Of a DNA stretch of 64,000 bases, positions 12,881-27,219 are shown piece after piece. Positions within the stretch are counted from its first letter, which is position 1; the number at the start of each line of letters is the position of its first letter. Where the stretch lies: the NCBI RefSeq assembly GCF_009914755.1, contig NC_060937.1. One strand, 5' to 3'. The DNA comes from the human T2T-CHM13v2.0 reference genome, Homo sapiens. Position numbers and translations under genes: made by a program. The notes below the pieces were generated by a model. That model was not told the DNA's origin and did not search any database. It was given only the letters and a program-made list of their open reading frames with translations.

Positions 12881-15800
12881 TCTTTGATATCATGAAACTC
12901 AGTTCTTTGTCTGATTCTGATTGTCAAAACTCAGGCTTAAAAGTGTATGACATTATTCCAAGGAATTAGGAAAATTATCAGTGCAAATCCCTCTCTCCTA
13001 CTTGTAAAGACAATTTAAAGTAGATGCTCTTGGATGGTCTTTATATAGTATCGGAATTATTTGCAATCTCACATGGAAACTCATTGCGGAACAAAAACAG
13101 CGTATTTCCCAATCTTAGAAAAAAGTCACAAAGTTTATGCAAAATTCATGAAGCACGTGATGGGATATCTCAAAAACAGTAAAAATGATAATGTTTTTAA
13201 TAAAAAGAGAAAGAAAATTATTGTAAAATGATATGATAAATTTGAGTTTCTTACTTGCAGAATAAACTTGAAGCTTTAATTTATATAGGGAATTATATTT
13301 TTAAATCTGAATTTTAAATGATCCTTATAATCCTCATTTAGAAAGCAAGGCCAAAAGTGAATTTTCAAGGAAATAGTTTCTGAAATAAATTATGAAATGA
13401 TGACATGTTTAGTATACAACCTTCTAAATTCAACATAAAGAAAAATCTTAGTAATATCCTAAAATGTGATTCTTCAAATAAGTGACTTCATTCTTGTGAT
13501 CCCTAATTGTTCTTGTGGTGCTATATATAAACCAAAGTCACCAAATACTCCACTTTCAATTTGTCTACCATTATAAGAAAGGACAGATATGAAAGATATT
13601 ATATATTTTTGTCTTTGAAATATTAAGAACCAATAGTTAGCCTCAGTGACATCAAGAAAAATAATCGAAGAATGGACTTAGTCAAGGTAAAATGAAATAG
13701 GAGACTGGTAAAAACTCAGATAATTGTGTATGACTCCAACCATCACAGGATACTCAAGATTTATTTGCTATAGAATGAAAATCTCGTCTCAGGTCAGGGT
13801 TTATTCCGAGAATAAGTGTATGAGGTTGATACACTGATTTTGGTCTAGTTTACTATAAAGGAAGTTATTTTACTCTTCATTTGTTGCACAGTTCTTAGTT
13901 GAAAAATTTAAAGCTTTTCATCCAAAGGTTAGATAATACATTACAGGAAAGCATAATTTCATAGTTTCTGAAATTAAATTTGTGTCTTAGTTGGGTACTT
14001 CAACAACTTAAGAAGAAAAGTCACTGAAAACATTATAAACTAGCTAATTTTTATAGCTTCTAAAACGCTTGATTGTTAAAATAAACAATGCTCTTGGGAT
14101 GCCTACATTTCTGCTTAATAAAGTAAATTAGCCTTTATAAAGTTTCTTAGTGAACATATGACTTTAGTAAATGCTTCCTTTGTTCCTGGTTCTTGGGAAA
14201 ATATTATTGAAAACACAAACAAAGTAAAAAAAAAGTTACAGTTGTAGAATGAAACAAAGTTGTTCAGTCATTGGAAACATCTGGTACTGAAAGTGGATTT
14301 CTTAATTATTGAGAGGGCCCTAAAATATAAATATTCACAGGTTCAAAAGAGTGCTGCCAAATAGGTTATCAAGCAAAAAATACGCAACCACCTGGAGAAC
14401 AAAATCCATCTGTCTGACTGAATCTAGTTGAAAATAATTTTTTAGACTTGTTAGTAAAACCCTCATGTAAAATTTATTTGATTGAATAATTTACTAAGAA
14501 TATTTCCATAAGCATCATAAAGTGCTACAGTCGATAAAAATGAATATACTAATCATCTTTCTAACTTTGAACCACTGCCATAGCTTCTAGTGCATATATT
14601 TTGTAGGTTACTAGTTAGGCTTCATTTGTACCTGTGATCTCAACTTGAACACAGGATTCCCATCAATAAAGTGTGGCCATCCCATTAAAGGCCCACTTTA
14701 CAGGGAAAAGGGAGACAGTCTAATATTCCTGGTTGTAGCTGATATTTACTTGAAGGCAAGCAGCATAAATGTCTTTAAAGATGTGCACCCTGGTGCTTTT
14801 GTCTTCCCCAATGCTGGAACTCAGGTGATGGCAAAAGTTAGAATGAGGAATGCCAGGAGGAATAATACTAAATCTATATTCTCTCTCTCCTGGAACTTTT
14901 GTGCTTGAAAAGAACTTGCTGTTACAATCCAGATGGTTCCTCCCTTCAAACAGAAATAAAAGGTAGAATGCATTAAATGAGATAATACAATGCACAAAGC
15001 ACAGTAGAAAAGTCACTAGACAAATATTAGTTCTATTAAATGGCCATGGTCTCCTCTCCTAAGTATCAGAAAACTGTAAAAGCAACATTCTTAACAAAGA
15101 AGAGAGATCTCCAGTCAGGTAAATGATCTGCTAAAAAGTGAAATGTCAATATACAACCAAGCTGGATTAATGGTTTTAATACTGAAATGTACACTTTACC
15201 CTTTCTGAAGACTAAAACATGTACTTAAGAAGTTAGTACTAAAACTTTTACCAGCATAAGAGTATTCCAACAAAAAAATTAAGTACTAGAATAAAATGAC
15301 CCTTATCTAAATAAGAATGACAATTTAAACTGAGTCGACCAATTAAAAAGATATGCACTGGTACCCTTTCTTCTAATTTAATAATATAAAAGAGGTCTTT
15401 AAAAAATTATTTGTTCTACCACCAAAACCTCTTAATGTGGTCATCTTTAAAAATAAAACAGTAGAACTAGAACTAAGTTAACATACACCGTTATATTCCA
15501 AACAAAGGAAAACAACAACTTACTAAATCCTCAAATGAAAGGATTGAAAGGTTGAGAGGTAAGGATGCAGCTCTTATCTTTCATTAAAAAGGATTTCCAT
15601 TTTACTGCACCCAATCCCATTCACTAGCTTCTATTCAGATGACATGGTTCCGTTGATCTTATGCTTTTAGGCAGAGATCCATCAAGATAATCCACTAAAA
15701 ATCAAAATGGCATGTTACTGAAATTAACAATCACTTTTTAGAAATAGCTCAATGGATTTCATATTATCTGGATTGATTTTTGAACATTAAACAACAGATG

Positions 15801-16675
15801 GTTTTTAATAGTACAATATTAGAATATAAAATTTAGAGCAATCTAAAAACCCATCAGTTGCTATGATTACAGTATAAGAACATGTGGAGTTATTTCTTGG
15901 AGACAATGCCATGTTCTCTTACATCACAAACCTGTTACCATGACAGGGAGGACAAATGCCTGCTATATAGTGCTATGCATCCCATTACGGTGGGTTCATT
16001 CATATTTATACAGTCTGTGATGTTGATGCAATCACTTTAGATCTCACTGTTATTTCAAACAAATCCATAACTGAGCAAAAGGCAGGATGTTGACAGGCAT
16101 TAATGTGGGTTTTATGCTGTTTACAATTGCTTTCTAATCTACTAAATGGCTGTGAAAATTGATGCACTTTTAAAAGTATTTTTATATACTAGTACAGACA
16201 AAGAGTTGGTTTGCAGTAATTTCTGTAATGCTAAATTGAATTTTCTATGGTGTTTTTCTTATTTGTATGTGTTAAGTAGGTTCCCGATTTTATGTAAATC
16301 ATTAATAAACCAAAAACATCTTCTCATTTTATTAATTGACATGTATTTGCTTCTGCTTGCAGAAAGAAAGTAAAAGTAAACTTGTAATTCTATCCTAGTT
16401 AGTTGCAAAATAAACTTTTAATTGTATTTCAAATGAATTAGGGAATCATATTCCCAAGAGATTTGGATTATCCTATTCTAAACCTCTGAATCATTTAACT
16501 TGAGTAGGAACTTGACTAACACATGGTATGTTGAGGGCTTTATAACCTAATGATAGTTGTAAAAATTCAGAAATTCCAGCCTGAAATATTAGGAATAATA
16601 CCTCCTCAAACTACTCCACATGCTGACAATAGGATAGGTAAGACAGCAGAAAGGTTTTTAGAAGAGGGGATTCAG

Positions 16676-16957
16676 GGCCGGGTGCGGTGGCTCACTCCTG
16701 TAATCCCAGCACTTTGGGAGGCCGAGGCGGGCGGATCACGAGATCAGGAGATCGAGACCATCCTCGCTAACACGGTGAAACCCCGTCTCTACTAAAAATA
16801 CAAAAAAATTAGCCGGGCGTGGTGGCAGGCGCCTGTAGTGCCAGCTGCTCAGGAGGCTGAGGCAAGGAAATGGCGTGAACTCGGGAGGCGGAGCTTGCAG
16901 TGAGCCGAGATTGCGCCACTGCACTCCAGCCTGGGCGACAGAGCGAGACACTGTCTC

Positions 16958-16988
<31 letters not shown>
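16676..16988 (+). mobile_element. AluY element, full length with 15-bp TSD
   Basis: Y-type GGATCACGAGATCAGGAGATCGAGACCATCC and GGCGTGAAC; long A tail; TSD AGAAGAGGGGATTCA at 16660-16674 and 16989-17003. Confidence 0.97.
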
Positions 16989-18484
16989 AGAAGAGGGGAT
17001 TCAACTCATATACCAATATCTGTGATTATTTCATGTAATTTATTTAAATATCACTACAAATAAATACACTCTATGTGGATGGTCATTAAGTCATCGCAGC
17101 TACCAGGAAACTGCACTGCCTCTTTAGCTCTGACAGAGTTATTATTAGAGATATGTGACAGATCTAAGAATCATTCTTCCCTGTGAGGCCCACCATTGGA
17201 ACAGCCTGGAATCTGAGGATGGGAGGTTGGGTTTTCACTTCCACACAAGCTATGAGAAAAAGATTACCTATTGATAAAAGGAAAGGATAAATGTTCAGGA
17301 TATTTAAAAACAACTTTAAATCATTCAACTAATTATCAGCTACTTGATTATTGTGCCAATGTCTTGTATTTCCCAGAAAAGGGTTAGATACAGTGAATAA
17401 TTATGCTTTCATTTTAAGATGTTAATCATGTTTGAAAATAATAGTTGCTTTTACATTCAATTTTGTTCAGAAGTAAATAACACTCCTGGCATTTTTTTTA
17501 CATTATCTTAAATTATGGTAGTCAAAGAAAGTTATGTATTGGTAAAAAGAAAACAAGAAAGTCCAATAAAATGCATATGCCCAAATGTGCATAAACTAAA
17601 GAATGCTTATTGTTCAACCACTAAAATATGGACAGCATCCTTTCAATGATCTGTCTTCTCTCTCCTCATACTTACCAATACATTTCATGCTTTTGTCACT
17701 TTTCCCTCAACAAGTCATGTTGACATTTATGAAGTACACCATGAAGAAAATTAAATAATTGCTTGCCTGATTACAATTTCACTCTGAGCTTAATATGAGA
17801 TTTTAAGTCTTTTCCTTGTGGTAAACTGATCTTCTCAAGGACTTAAAATAACTTAAAATGATGTCTTTTTAGTGAGGTAACACAAGCCTATTTTACTGCC
17901 TCAAACAACTAATAAAAGAAAAAAAATAAATGAAGTAACAACAGACCTTCCATGACAACCTGCTACATTTGAAAATCAGAGCTACCAAACACAACAGTTG
18001 CTGAAGCAACCTGAATATAAAAATCCTATTTAACAATACTTAACTAAGCAAAAATCCCTTTCATCTATCTTTTTAAAATCTCTCTTGCATAAATATTAGA
18101 ACAAATGTGCAAAAAAGTTGCTAAATTAGTGCATGAAAAAGTATTACCAAAAGGAATAGCACAATAAGCCATATTCCTGCTTCCTTAAAAAATAGGAAGT
18201 AAGCAATATTCTTATTTCCTTAAATCAGCTTGAAGTAATCTATTTCCTATGAGTAACACAAATACTGGATGGCAAGGATTAACAGACCTAAAAGAATTAG
18301 GATGGCATGGTGCAGTGGTCCCCAGCTGCAGCTTACATGTGTTCACTGAAGCAAAATGAGAAAAATAATGATTCGGGAAGTTAAATTTATACAAATTTAA
18401 AATTATGTCCTCTCTCCTTTTTGGTATTAAAACATGCTAAGAGTAAAATATTAGTGATTGCAAAGGATAATCTTTAATACCCAA

Positions 18485-19000
18485 TTATTAATTCAACAGA
18501 TACTGAACTTCTAATATGGGTCAAGCTCTGTTCTAGGAATAGTAGACAACAAAGTTGAAAAGGTCCCTGGCTCTCATGGAGCTTATATTCTAGGAGTAAG
18601 GCAGGAGGCAGCTCACAAGAGACACACAGGTAAACACATATGTTATAGGGTGGTCAGTATATTGGAGAAAAAGGCAGTGTCAACATGCTGAGGGTTGTGG
18701 TTGCTACTTTACAAAGAATGGTTGGAGTAGGCCTCTCTCACAAAGGGATAATGGAGCAGAGATCTGTAGGAATAGATGGAGTGAGTATACATATATTTTG
18801 AAGATGTTCCAGACAGAAGCAGCAAGTACAAAGACTGATGTGTTCTGGGAATAGCAAGATGGCTGGGACAGCTGAAGGGGAGTGAGCCAGGGCTGGAGTA
18901 GCAGAAATGAGGTCAGAGAGATGATGGGGACAGATGGTTTGGCCCTTGGTCTCTTACTTCACTGGAGGGTTTTGAGAAGAGTTATCTCATCCAATCTGAC
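18485..19000 (-). mobile_element. L2 LINE fragment
   Basis: ATTCAACAGATA...GTCCCTGGCTCTCATGGAGCTTATATTCTAG...ATGAGGTCAGAGAG. Confidence 0.75.
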
Positions 19001-19949
19001 TTACTAATTTATTTCCCTGTGTCCCACCCTTTTCAGAAACACTTTGGGGCACAGAATGATCTTAAATCCAGGTTTTATCAGAAAGTGATTTCAGTAATTC
19101 ACTCCATCTTAATTTATAGCTGGATTTTCTCCAGGGCTTCCTTACAGGACTTTGAACAGTTTGGAATCAGAGCCCACTGGGGAAAGTCCATGCAGTGACC
19201 TCCTATGGACTGTTGGAGCTAAATTAGAATGATAGGCTTACATGGATTTTCTAATCTTTAAATTAGGTGGAAAGAGCTATTATTTTTCTTCCAAACTTGA
19301 GTATGCAGCTCATTCACTTCTCTTACCCTGGTGACACCCACCCTTGCTGCTCCAACCGCACACACACTCTCCCTTGGTCAACCTTAAATGTGAACACTTC
19401 CCTGAGGGAGAGAGCTTGAGGTCATCTGTCTCCATGGCTTAAACACAGGCTTCGGCTTCAAACTTTACTCCTCTGTGCTAAATACATTTCTGAGTTGCAA
19501 ATCTCGGTTTCTATTTGTATATGGTGTATCTCCTTCTTGTTCAAATTCCTCACGTCTGAATGGACATTGCTTTTCTTCTGAAAGAAAAAACTTGCTTCTC
19601 TTTACATTCCCCATTTTAGTTAGCGTTACCACCATTTTCCCATTTAGCCCATTATTTCTACCATGGGGAAAGATGAAGGGGGAGGAAAGAGCAATTCTAA
19701 TAATGATGTATCTCCCCATAGTATAACACCTAATTGCCCCCTTCCCTTTTATCCAGCAATTACTCAGCTGGAAACCTTTGTAATAGTAGTCAAATATTTC
19801 TCTGGTGGGGACTTCCTGTTTGGAGGACTCTGGAATAGAGGGATGAATGTGTGCTTGCAGGGTGAATACACAGACACACACTAATTCCTTTATTAGGCCA
19901 CAGTGATATTTTTTCTGACAAGTATCCCCAAGAATGTAACATTGGAGGA

Positions 19950-20291
19950 TGTGGCAGAGAGAGAGAGCTCACCAAATATTCTACGTACTTTCTTTCATTT
20001 CCCATATCTTTCTGAAATTAGGTTTAAGCCATGTGAAAATCTCTGGTTCATGGGTATGACGTAACTTGTGGAATATTTAGGGTGAGGTAGTTAAGAGTCA
20101 AAGTATCTCCTCCATGCCTCTTTCCATGGTGCAAAGACCATGATCTTCCAGAGGATAAAGCCAGTTGATGGGGGGAAGTTGCCTGACCCACACTGGACTT
20201 CATATGGGAAAGAAATAAACCTTTATTGTGTTAAGCCCTTGAGATTCTAGAGTTCATCTGCTATAACGGTAAGTCTTTATGCTGAATAATA
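19950..20291 (+). mobile_element. MLT1-family (MaLR) solo LTR
   Basis: Starts TGTGGCAGAG; 3' end TGGACTTCATATGGGAAAGAAATAAACCTTTATTGTGTTAAGCC is typical of old MLT1 LTRs. Confidence 0.7.
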
Positions 20292-20799
20292 AAGATTGCT
20301 TGGTTATCCTTGTTAAATCAACCATAAATGTTAAAGAGTAGATTATTTTAGTACTTCTGGCATTCGGTAATTTATCAAAAATCATTTCCGTTAATAGTTC
20401 CTTTTATTATTTTAAGATAATTAGTTCAGTAGTTTATTTACTTAGTAAAAGAAGCTACTCAGATTAAGTTTCAAGGATATTCATTTTTTATTTTAGTATT
20501 AGAAGATTTGGTATATCAGTCTTTACTAACACCATTTCTCTTACTGTATGTATATATACATTGCATGTATGTATATTTTATAATGTTCTCTCCCAGCCTC
20601 TGCCTCCAAGTCTAAAAAATTACACATTTAGAAATTGATCTTATCCTTCTGTTAATTTTAGTTGCGTGCATTCCATTGTACCTACCTTGAGGTATATCAA
20701 ACTCATAGATACTGAATGTTCGCAATATGATATAACAAAGATCTTGGCCTTTGACATTTTTGGTAATTTTGACTGAAGGTAATCATTATACATCAATTA

Positions 20800-21085
20800 G
20801 ATGCTCTCTCGCAAGCCATCTCTGAAATCCTTAGTTCCCTCCACAGTCTGAATCCAGTGCCTCTCTAGAGACATACACAGCACTTTGGCATAGAGGTGGG
20901 AACAGTGATCACATTGCTGCAAAAATGCTTGCTTATCTAGCTCCTTCCAAATTGTAACCTAGGTCAGTTTGAGGTCAGAGGCCAAGTGTGTCTTTATCTC
21001 TCTGTATTCCCAGCACGTCATATAGGTCAGAGTTCATAGCTGAAGCTCAATAAATATTTGTTTGCTCACTGAATAAATGAACTGA
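20800..21085 (+). mobile_element. L2 LINE 3' end
   Basis: GTCTTTATCTCTCTGTATTCCCAGCAC...GCTCAATAAATATTTG...TGAATAAATGAA. Confidence 0.7.
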
Positions 21086-21659
21086 AGAAAATTATTTCTG
21101 AAATGTTTAGCTCATTCAAGACCATGACTTCCTATTGTGGGGGTTATGAGCTTTCTTTCCTAGGGAAAAGTTTCTTAACTATGATTAGATTCTCAAATGA
21201 ATGGGGAAATCTTTCAAAAAGGCTAAAAGCCATTGCTTGAAGATCACATACACACATACATAAACATACTAACTCAATGGCCATACATACATCACTGCAT
21301 TCTTACCACCCTGTATTCATCTGCCCACCTGCACAGATCTGCAAGGTCTTCCCTGGGCAGCGCTCCAATTTATTGATTCTTTCCTACTAGAAAGTTTAGC
21401 GTTCCTTAAAACCTCTGATATTTGACTGAGTACTGCCTTTCTCCAGATTATTTGTAAAAGTGTTAAGTAAGCCTAGAGCTAATATCAATCCCTGAAGAAA
21501 CCTATTCCTTAAACTTCTCAACCTTTTCTTCTTACTGTTTGTTTTCCTTTCCTAAGATAGTTCCTTTACTGTAAGTAAACCTCTCATCCGACCTCAACGA
21601 ATAAAGATTTGTTATTATTTATTTTACCATCTTGGCCATAGTAATTGTATTTTTCTTAC

Positions 21660-21710
21660 CTTTAATTAGGAAGATGATATACAACACCCAGGCATACTCA
21701 GCATTCAAAT
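21660..21710 (-). other. Candidate 51-nt minus-strand exon
   Basis: Acceptor ttcttcatctcacaaatgcAG, donor AAG|GTAAGA; phase-1/1 frame open (xLNAEYAWVLYIIFLIK). Confidence 0.25.
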
Positions 21711-22613
21711 CTGCATTTGTGAGATGAAGAAATGCCCTAGCTTTCTAACTAGATGCCTTCTCATTACCTAACTTATAATGAAGACTGAGCCACTTGTCAT
21801 AAAAGAAATTACGCTTAACTTACAAATTGAATGTGGTTATTTTCAGTCTTTAAAAAAAGAAAACAAAATGTGAGAAATCTGAAAATGAAGCGTTATATTG
21901 GTCTTGCTAGATATTATATTCACAGTGTGGAAAAGCTGTTTATTTAAAATATTTTATGCTGACAGAGCTTGATTAGGGGAAAAGGACTTCTGAAAATCAG
22001 CTTTAGAACACACGCACACAAACCTTCCCTGACCTTTCACACTGCACTTACAAAGGCATTACATGACTTTACCATTCAGTCTCTCTTAGGAAGTATTTTT
22101 ATTTTCTTATTAACAGCAGTAGAAAAACCAAAGCTAATATTTAAGCCTTGAGATCCCCCTCCTTAAGATGAAGTGAGTACACAAAACATGAAAATATACA
22201 GTTATATTCTTTATCTCTAGATAAACTTCCAGAACTATATCAAGGCTTTATATGGTCTGGCCTCCTGTTGCTTCTCTGACCTAATCTCCTAGTTAATCCC
22301 TCTACAATATACCTACCTTCTTGCTGCATACAAGCACACTTCTGCCTTGAGTCCCTATCCTTAAACTCCTTCCTGCACTCATGTGCAAGGCTCATTCACT
22401 TCCTCATCTCCTTTATGTCTGTCCTCAAACACTACCCTGTGGGGAAGCCTGCCTTCATCTCTCCATTTGAAACTGTATGCCCCTCATGCTCGCCACTACC
22501 AATGTCTGGCACTCTCTATCCCTTTTCCTAATCTTTAAAATAAATAAATAAATAAATATGGCTCTCCTTTCTTTTCTCTTTCTTTCTGGGATTCTCCTTA
22601 TATACATGTAAAA

Positions 22614-22886
22614 CTGAGCTGTCCAATATAGTAGCCATAGCCACATGTGATGATGGAGCACTTGAAATGGCTAGCTCAACTTGAGATGTGGTGAAGTGCA
22701 AAATGCACACTGATTTTGAAGACTTCGCATGAGTAAAAGAAAACAGAGTATCTGATTAAAATTTTCATATTAATTACATGTTGAAATAATACTTTGAATA
22801 TATTGGGTAAAATAAATTATTAAAATTAACTTCATCTGTTTAAGTAACATACGTGTTCCACATTAGGAGTCTATCGGACAATGCAG
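22614..22886 (-). mobile_element. MER33-like hAT-Charlie DNA transposon fossil
   Basis: GCTGTCCAATATAGTAGCCATAGCCACATGTG...CACTTGAAATGGCTAG...CTATCGGACAATGC with degenerate TIRs. Confidence 0.75.
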
Positions 22887-22919
22887 TGTTAAACCTTTTT
22901 GTTGTATTGCATGTCCATT

Positions 22920-23960
22920 ATACTTTTTTCTATATACAGCATCTTTTTTTGCTCTCTGCTTCTGCCTGGATATTTTCTGAGAGTCTTCCTGTTCACCTCT
23001 CCTGTTTTCTGCTTATCTAAACTGCTATTTTATCCAGCACTAAATTCTTAATTTTATAGTTTGTATTTTTCGGTTCTAGAATTTCCATTAGATTCTTTTG
23101 ATAGATTCTTATTATTGGGTGAAGCACTCCCTCTTTTTATGTATTTTCTCTTCCTCTAGTTTCTGAAATATATTCATTTCAAAGTCCCTGTCTAGTAACT
23201 TCAGTATTTGGATCATCTAAATAACTATTTCTTGTATGCGTGTTTATGTGTGTGTGTCCAAATGTCCTATCTCTTAGCATGCCTAGCAGTGTTTTATTGA
23301 AATCTGGATATTCTATGTATATATTAAAAAAACAAAATATAAAAAGAAAACAAAAACCTAGGAGGCCCCAGATGATGTTGTCTTCTACCTGAGGATTCAC
23401 TTTCTTCTGGAAAGAAAAGGTAAATGTCTTACTAATCTCCATCCAGTCAGGAACTGAGCTAACCCCAGGCTAAGTTTCAGTTTTAGCAAGATTGGGTCTA
23501 TTTTGATTTGCTCTATTTCCTAGGGCACAGGCCTCCAGGGTTTTCGACTGATTGTCTGGCAGGTTATCATTTCCTCAGCAAAAATAGATCTTCTTCTTAG
23601 ACTTCGTCTCTTTTGCAACCCCTCATCATCCACAGCTTCAGAATTCAGTAAATCTTATGAAGGGGAAATGGACTCTGTGCTGAGGCCCTTCAAGTTTCCC
23701 TTTTTGCCAGTCTGGCCCCACACAACTGCCGAAACGTGGCTGGCTTCTTGTCCCAAAGCGGTAGCCCTCTGCCTGGGGCCAAACCCAGATTGTCAATCTC
23801 TCGCCTTGGCAGCTGCAAGTATCTTCCTACAGACAGGTAGACTTTGCTCCAAAATTTAAGTTCCTCTGGTCCTCACTGTTTCCACAGCTCTTGGATGATC
23901 TTTGTTTCCTCTGGTATTCTAGTTGTTCTTGGCAGGAATGTTGATCTGCCACCCTCATAC
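22920..23960 (-). mobile_element. Old L1M/HAL1 5'/ORF1-region fragment
   Basis: TTCTAGAATTTCCATTAGATTCTTTT...TTCAAAGTCCCTGTCTAGTAACTTCAGTATTTGGATCATC is typical of antisense HAL1/L1M. Confidence 0.55.
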
Positions 23961-24024
23961 AGAAGCAGAAGCTTGCTGTGGTTATTTTTTTCTTAGCACT
24001 CTTTACCATCTAACATGCTATGTA

Positions 24025-24354
24025 CAGTCATGTGCTGCAGAATGACACTTCAGTCAATGAAGGATTGCATGTATGATGGTGATCCCGTAAGACAAAACTG
24101 CATTTTTACTATACCTTTTTTATGTGTAGATATGTTTAGATACACAAATACTTACCATTGTGTTATAATCGGCTACAGTATTCAGCATAGTAACATGTTG
24201 TGCAGGTTTGCAGCCTAGGAGTAACAGGTTACACCAACAGTCTAGATGTGTAGTAGGCTATCCCATCTAGGTTTGTGTTAGGTATGCTCTATTATGTTCG
24301 CATGACAACGAAATCGCCTGACAACATATTTCATCGTTAAGTGCCGTCTGACTA
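24025..24354 (+). mobile_element. Tigger3a (MER7A) TcMar-Tigger element
   Basis: TA|CAGTCATGTG start; internal TTTAGATACACAAATACTTACCATTGTGTTA; ends GTCTGACTA|TA. Confidence 0.85.
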
Positions 24355-24759
24355 TATTTTATTTATTTAGTTTATCATCATCTTCCTTCAGCAGAATGTA
24401 ACTTCCAGGAGGTCTAAGGGTTTGACTATTTTTTTCACAGCTGCACCCTCAAAAATGTGAAAAGAATTAGTTCCATAGCCATTACAATGGTAAGATAGGA
24501 GAAACCTGAATGAAAGTGATTATTAAATAAAAATGAACTGATTTGTCCTTCCAGTCTGACAGCCAAGAAAACAGAATTTTTTTTACCATAATTTACTAGG
24601 CTCTTCCTGTGTGCCAAACAGTGTGTGAGAGATTTGCATTCAAAAATGATTATAGCCTAGTCCTCACTCCAAAGAAACAGACCGGCAAAAAAAAATAGGG
24701 ATTAAAAACAAAATAACCACCTACTTTCTTGACTCATGACAAGAGAGCCGCCATGAATT

Positions 24760-25200
24760 TTTAAACACATGGAGACCCTAATTAACCACAAACCCCTTCG
24801 AAAGTTTCTGTGGGAAGTTATACTCTTATTACTCCCACGGTGCCACTCAGATTCTACTCAGAACAATCTGCCAATTTTTCTATAATTGCCTTCAGGGTCT
24901 GTAGCATCTTTGTTTTCAATGGTGGCAAAAATTTTTCCCCCTGAAAGTAGATTTGACTTTAGAAACAGTCAGAAGCCCTTTGGAGTGAGGCCTGATAAAA
25001 AAGGAACCTCATAAAATCATTTCAGATCAATGAGAGAAAACCATAAAGTAAATGGGACTTCTTGTGTGTTTTGTAAACTGGCTCTGAAGGCAACTTCAAG
25101 AAACTTGAAAATACAGAAGCATGAAAATATTGTTGAAGTAAGTACGTTAGTGTTTTCTTTCATTATTTTAGTCTTATGGCTGAACATATAATTTTCAAAG
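24760..25200. mobile_element. MARNA-like mariner-derived fossil
   Basis: AATTGCCTTCAGGGTCTG...GATTTGACTTTAGAAACAGTCAGAAGCCCTTTGGAG resembles MARNA. Confidence 0.45.
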
Positions 25201-25479
25201 TATACAATACACACTGAAAGTTAAGAATGAAAGAATATAGGGATCAACAACTAGTATATTGGGAATATAGGGAAATATATTACTAATTGTTATGGTAAAT
25301 GAGATTATTGAGATTTCTCAAATCCTGTATTTCATGGTTTAAATGCACAACTTTCCTGTGCTGATATTACTAAGCAGGTTTTTAATAATGAAGAGTTCTA
25401 TTTTGTGTTTCATGATAATTAACTATGTATATAATACTTTGGTTTTCCTCATTTACTGTTGTTATCTAGTAGGACTACG

Positions 25480-25811
25480 TAGACGTTTCTCAGTACCCAT
25501 GGGGGATTGTTCTAGGACCTCCCAAGGATAACAAAATCCAAAGATGCTCTAGTCCTTGATATAAAATGGCACAGTATTTGCAAATAACTTATTCACATCC
25601 TCCTGTATACTTTAAATCACCTCTAGATTTACTTCTAACACCTAATACAATGTAAATGCTATATAAATAGTTGTTACACTGTATTGTTTAAGGAATAATA
25701 ACAAGAAAAAAAGTCTGCACGTGTTTAGTACAGAGGCAATTTTTGAGTATTTCTTATCTGTGGTTGGTTGCGGCCACGGATGCTGAACCGCTGGATACAG
25801 ACGGTCAACTG
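25480..25811 (+). mobile_element. MER2 TcMar-Tigger element
   Basis: GGGGGATTGTTCTAGGACC...GATATAAAATGGCACAGTATTTGCA...GGTTGGTTG...GGATACAGACGGTCAACTG. Confidence 0.85.
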
Positions 25812-27219
25812 CACATCTTTTACATCATATAATTTTTGAATCACCCTCTAACATGAACTTGAGAACACATATAATACCAAACAATGGTGAAGAGAAAAGT
25901 AACTTGTTCCCATTTTCAGTTGAGGAGTTACTAGGTCAAATAGGGAAGAAGAAGGAAACGAGAAATATTAAGAATACAAATAAAATACAAACTAATATAA
26001 GCTACGAAACTGAAAGCTGGCTGCTCGTAAAGGTGATTAAGTTACTCTAATATATTGCTTAATGTATACTTTGTAAATGTTCTGACATTTTAATTTACAA
26101 ACCCTACTATAGAACTCCAAATGATAAGACACTTTAAAGTGTCCATAACCCATACATAAGCTACCACTTTAAGAGACTATTTCTTTTATCTAGATCCTGA
26201 ACAAAATAAGTTTTGACTGTGAATGGTCTGCTGTTAATAAGAGGAAATAAACTAGCCTCTGAGAGGTCAACTTTCTTTTGTCTCCTTTTTTTCTCTCCTG
26301 TTAGTCATTCTCAGATTACTATTAATAATTGTGATTGTCTATATTTGCATTTGTGGACAATCAAGATAGCCAAATTGATTTCTTCAAATGGAAAGTACTA
26401 ACAAAAATATGTTGCTATTTTATAGTAATAACACATATTTTCCATGGGAATAGTTTGATTGGGTAGAATTGACACATGCATATAAATGCAAGGAATTAAC
26501 TATGATTATATTATTAGCAGTTATTGTGGCAATAATTTCAGAAAATGGTTATATCCATCTGTCTGAGAAAACAGACTTTAACACAAAATGAAGTCATATT
26601 CATTACACGAAAAAAGTGATTAGAACCTAGTAGTAAAGCCAGCTAAATGCGTTTCTACTAAGCTCCAAGTTTAAGTTTTAATGCATTTTTAAATGTTTCT
26701 GGTCTCAAAACATTGAACAGCTGACAATTTCCCTCAAGAGAACAATACCTTGAGGGGAAAAGCAATTAGAATATGGATTGACCAGCAATCAGTAATCATT
26801 ACTTGGTACATTAAATGTAGTACGCTGGCACCTGGTTAAGTAATTTAGAAACTGGTTAAGTATCTGGAAAACAGGTTTCTCAAGTTAAATGTGAAAGCTC
26901 ACAGAAATAAAATGGACTTTCTCACAGTTACAACGTATCAAGAAGAAAACTGCAGAATAAGGTTTTAGAAAGTTAAAATTGGGTGAACATATTAAAGGGA
27001 ATTGGAATCAAAGGGATTGAAGTAGAAAATCTGGTATTTCTGGGAGTTTAAATTCCCCAAAGTTTATAACTTAGAAGAGCTGATGATACATTTCATATCA
27101 AGGTTTAATATTTCTATGAAGGTGGTTTAAATATACTGTACGATTCGAAAAAAGCTTTTATTAAATTCTTAAACTGCAAGAGAAGAAATGAAAATAAATT
27201 ACTAAGCCAGTGAAACAAG

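Noticed and set aside
17676-17766. Strong minus-strand donor (TTG|GTAAGT)
   Set aside because: The acceptor is poor and all three frames contain stops.
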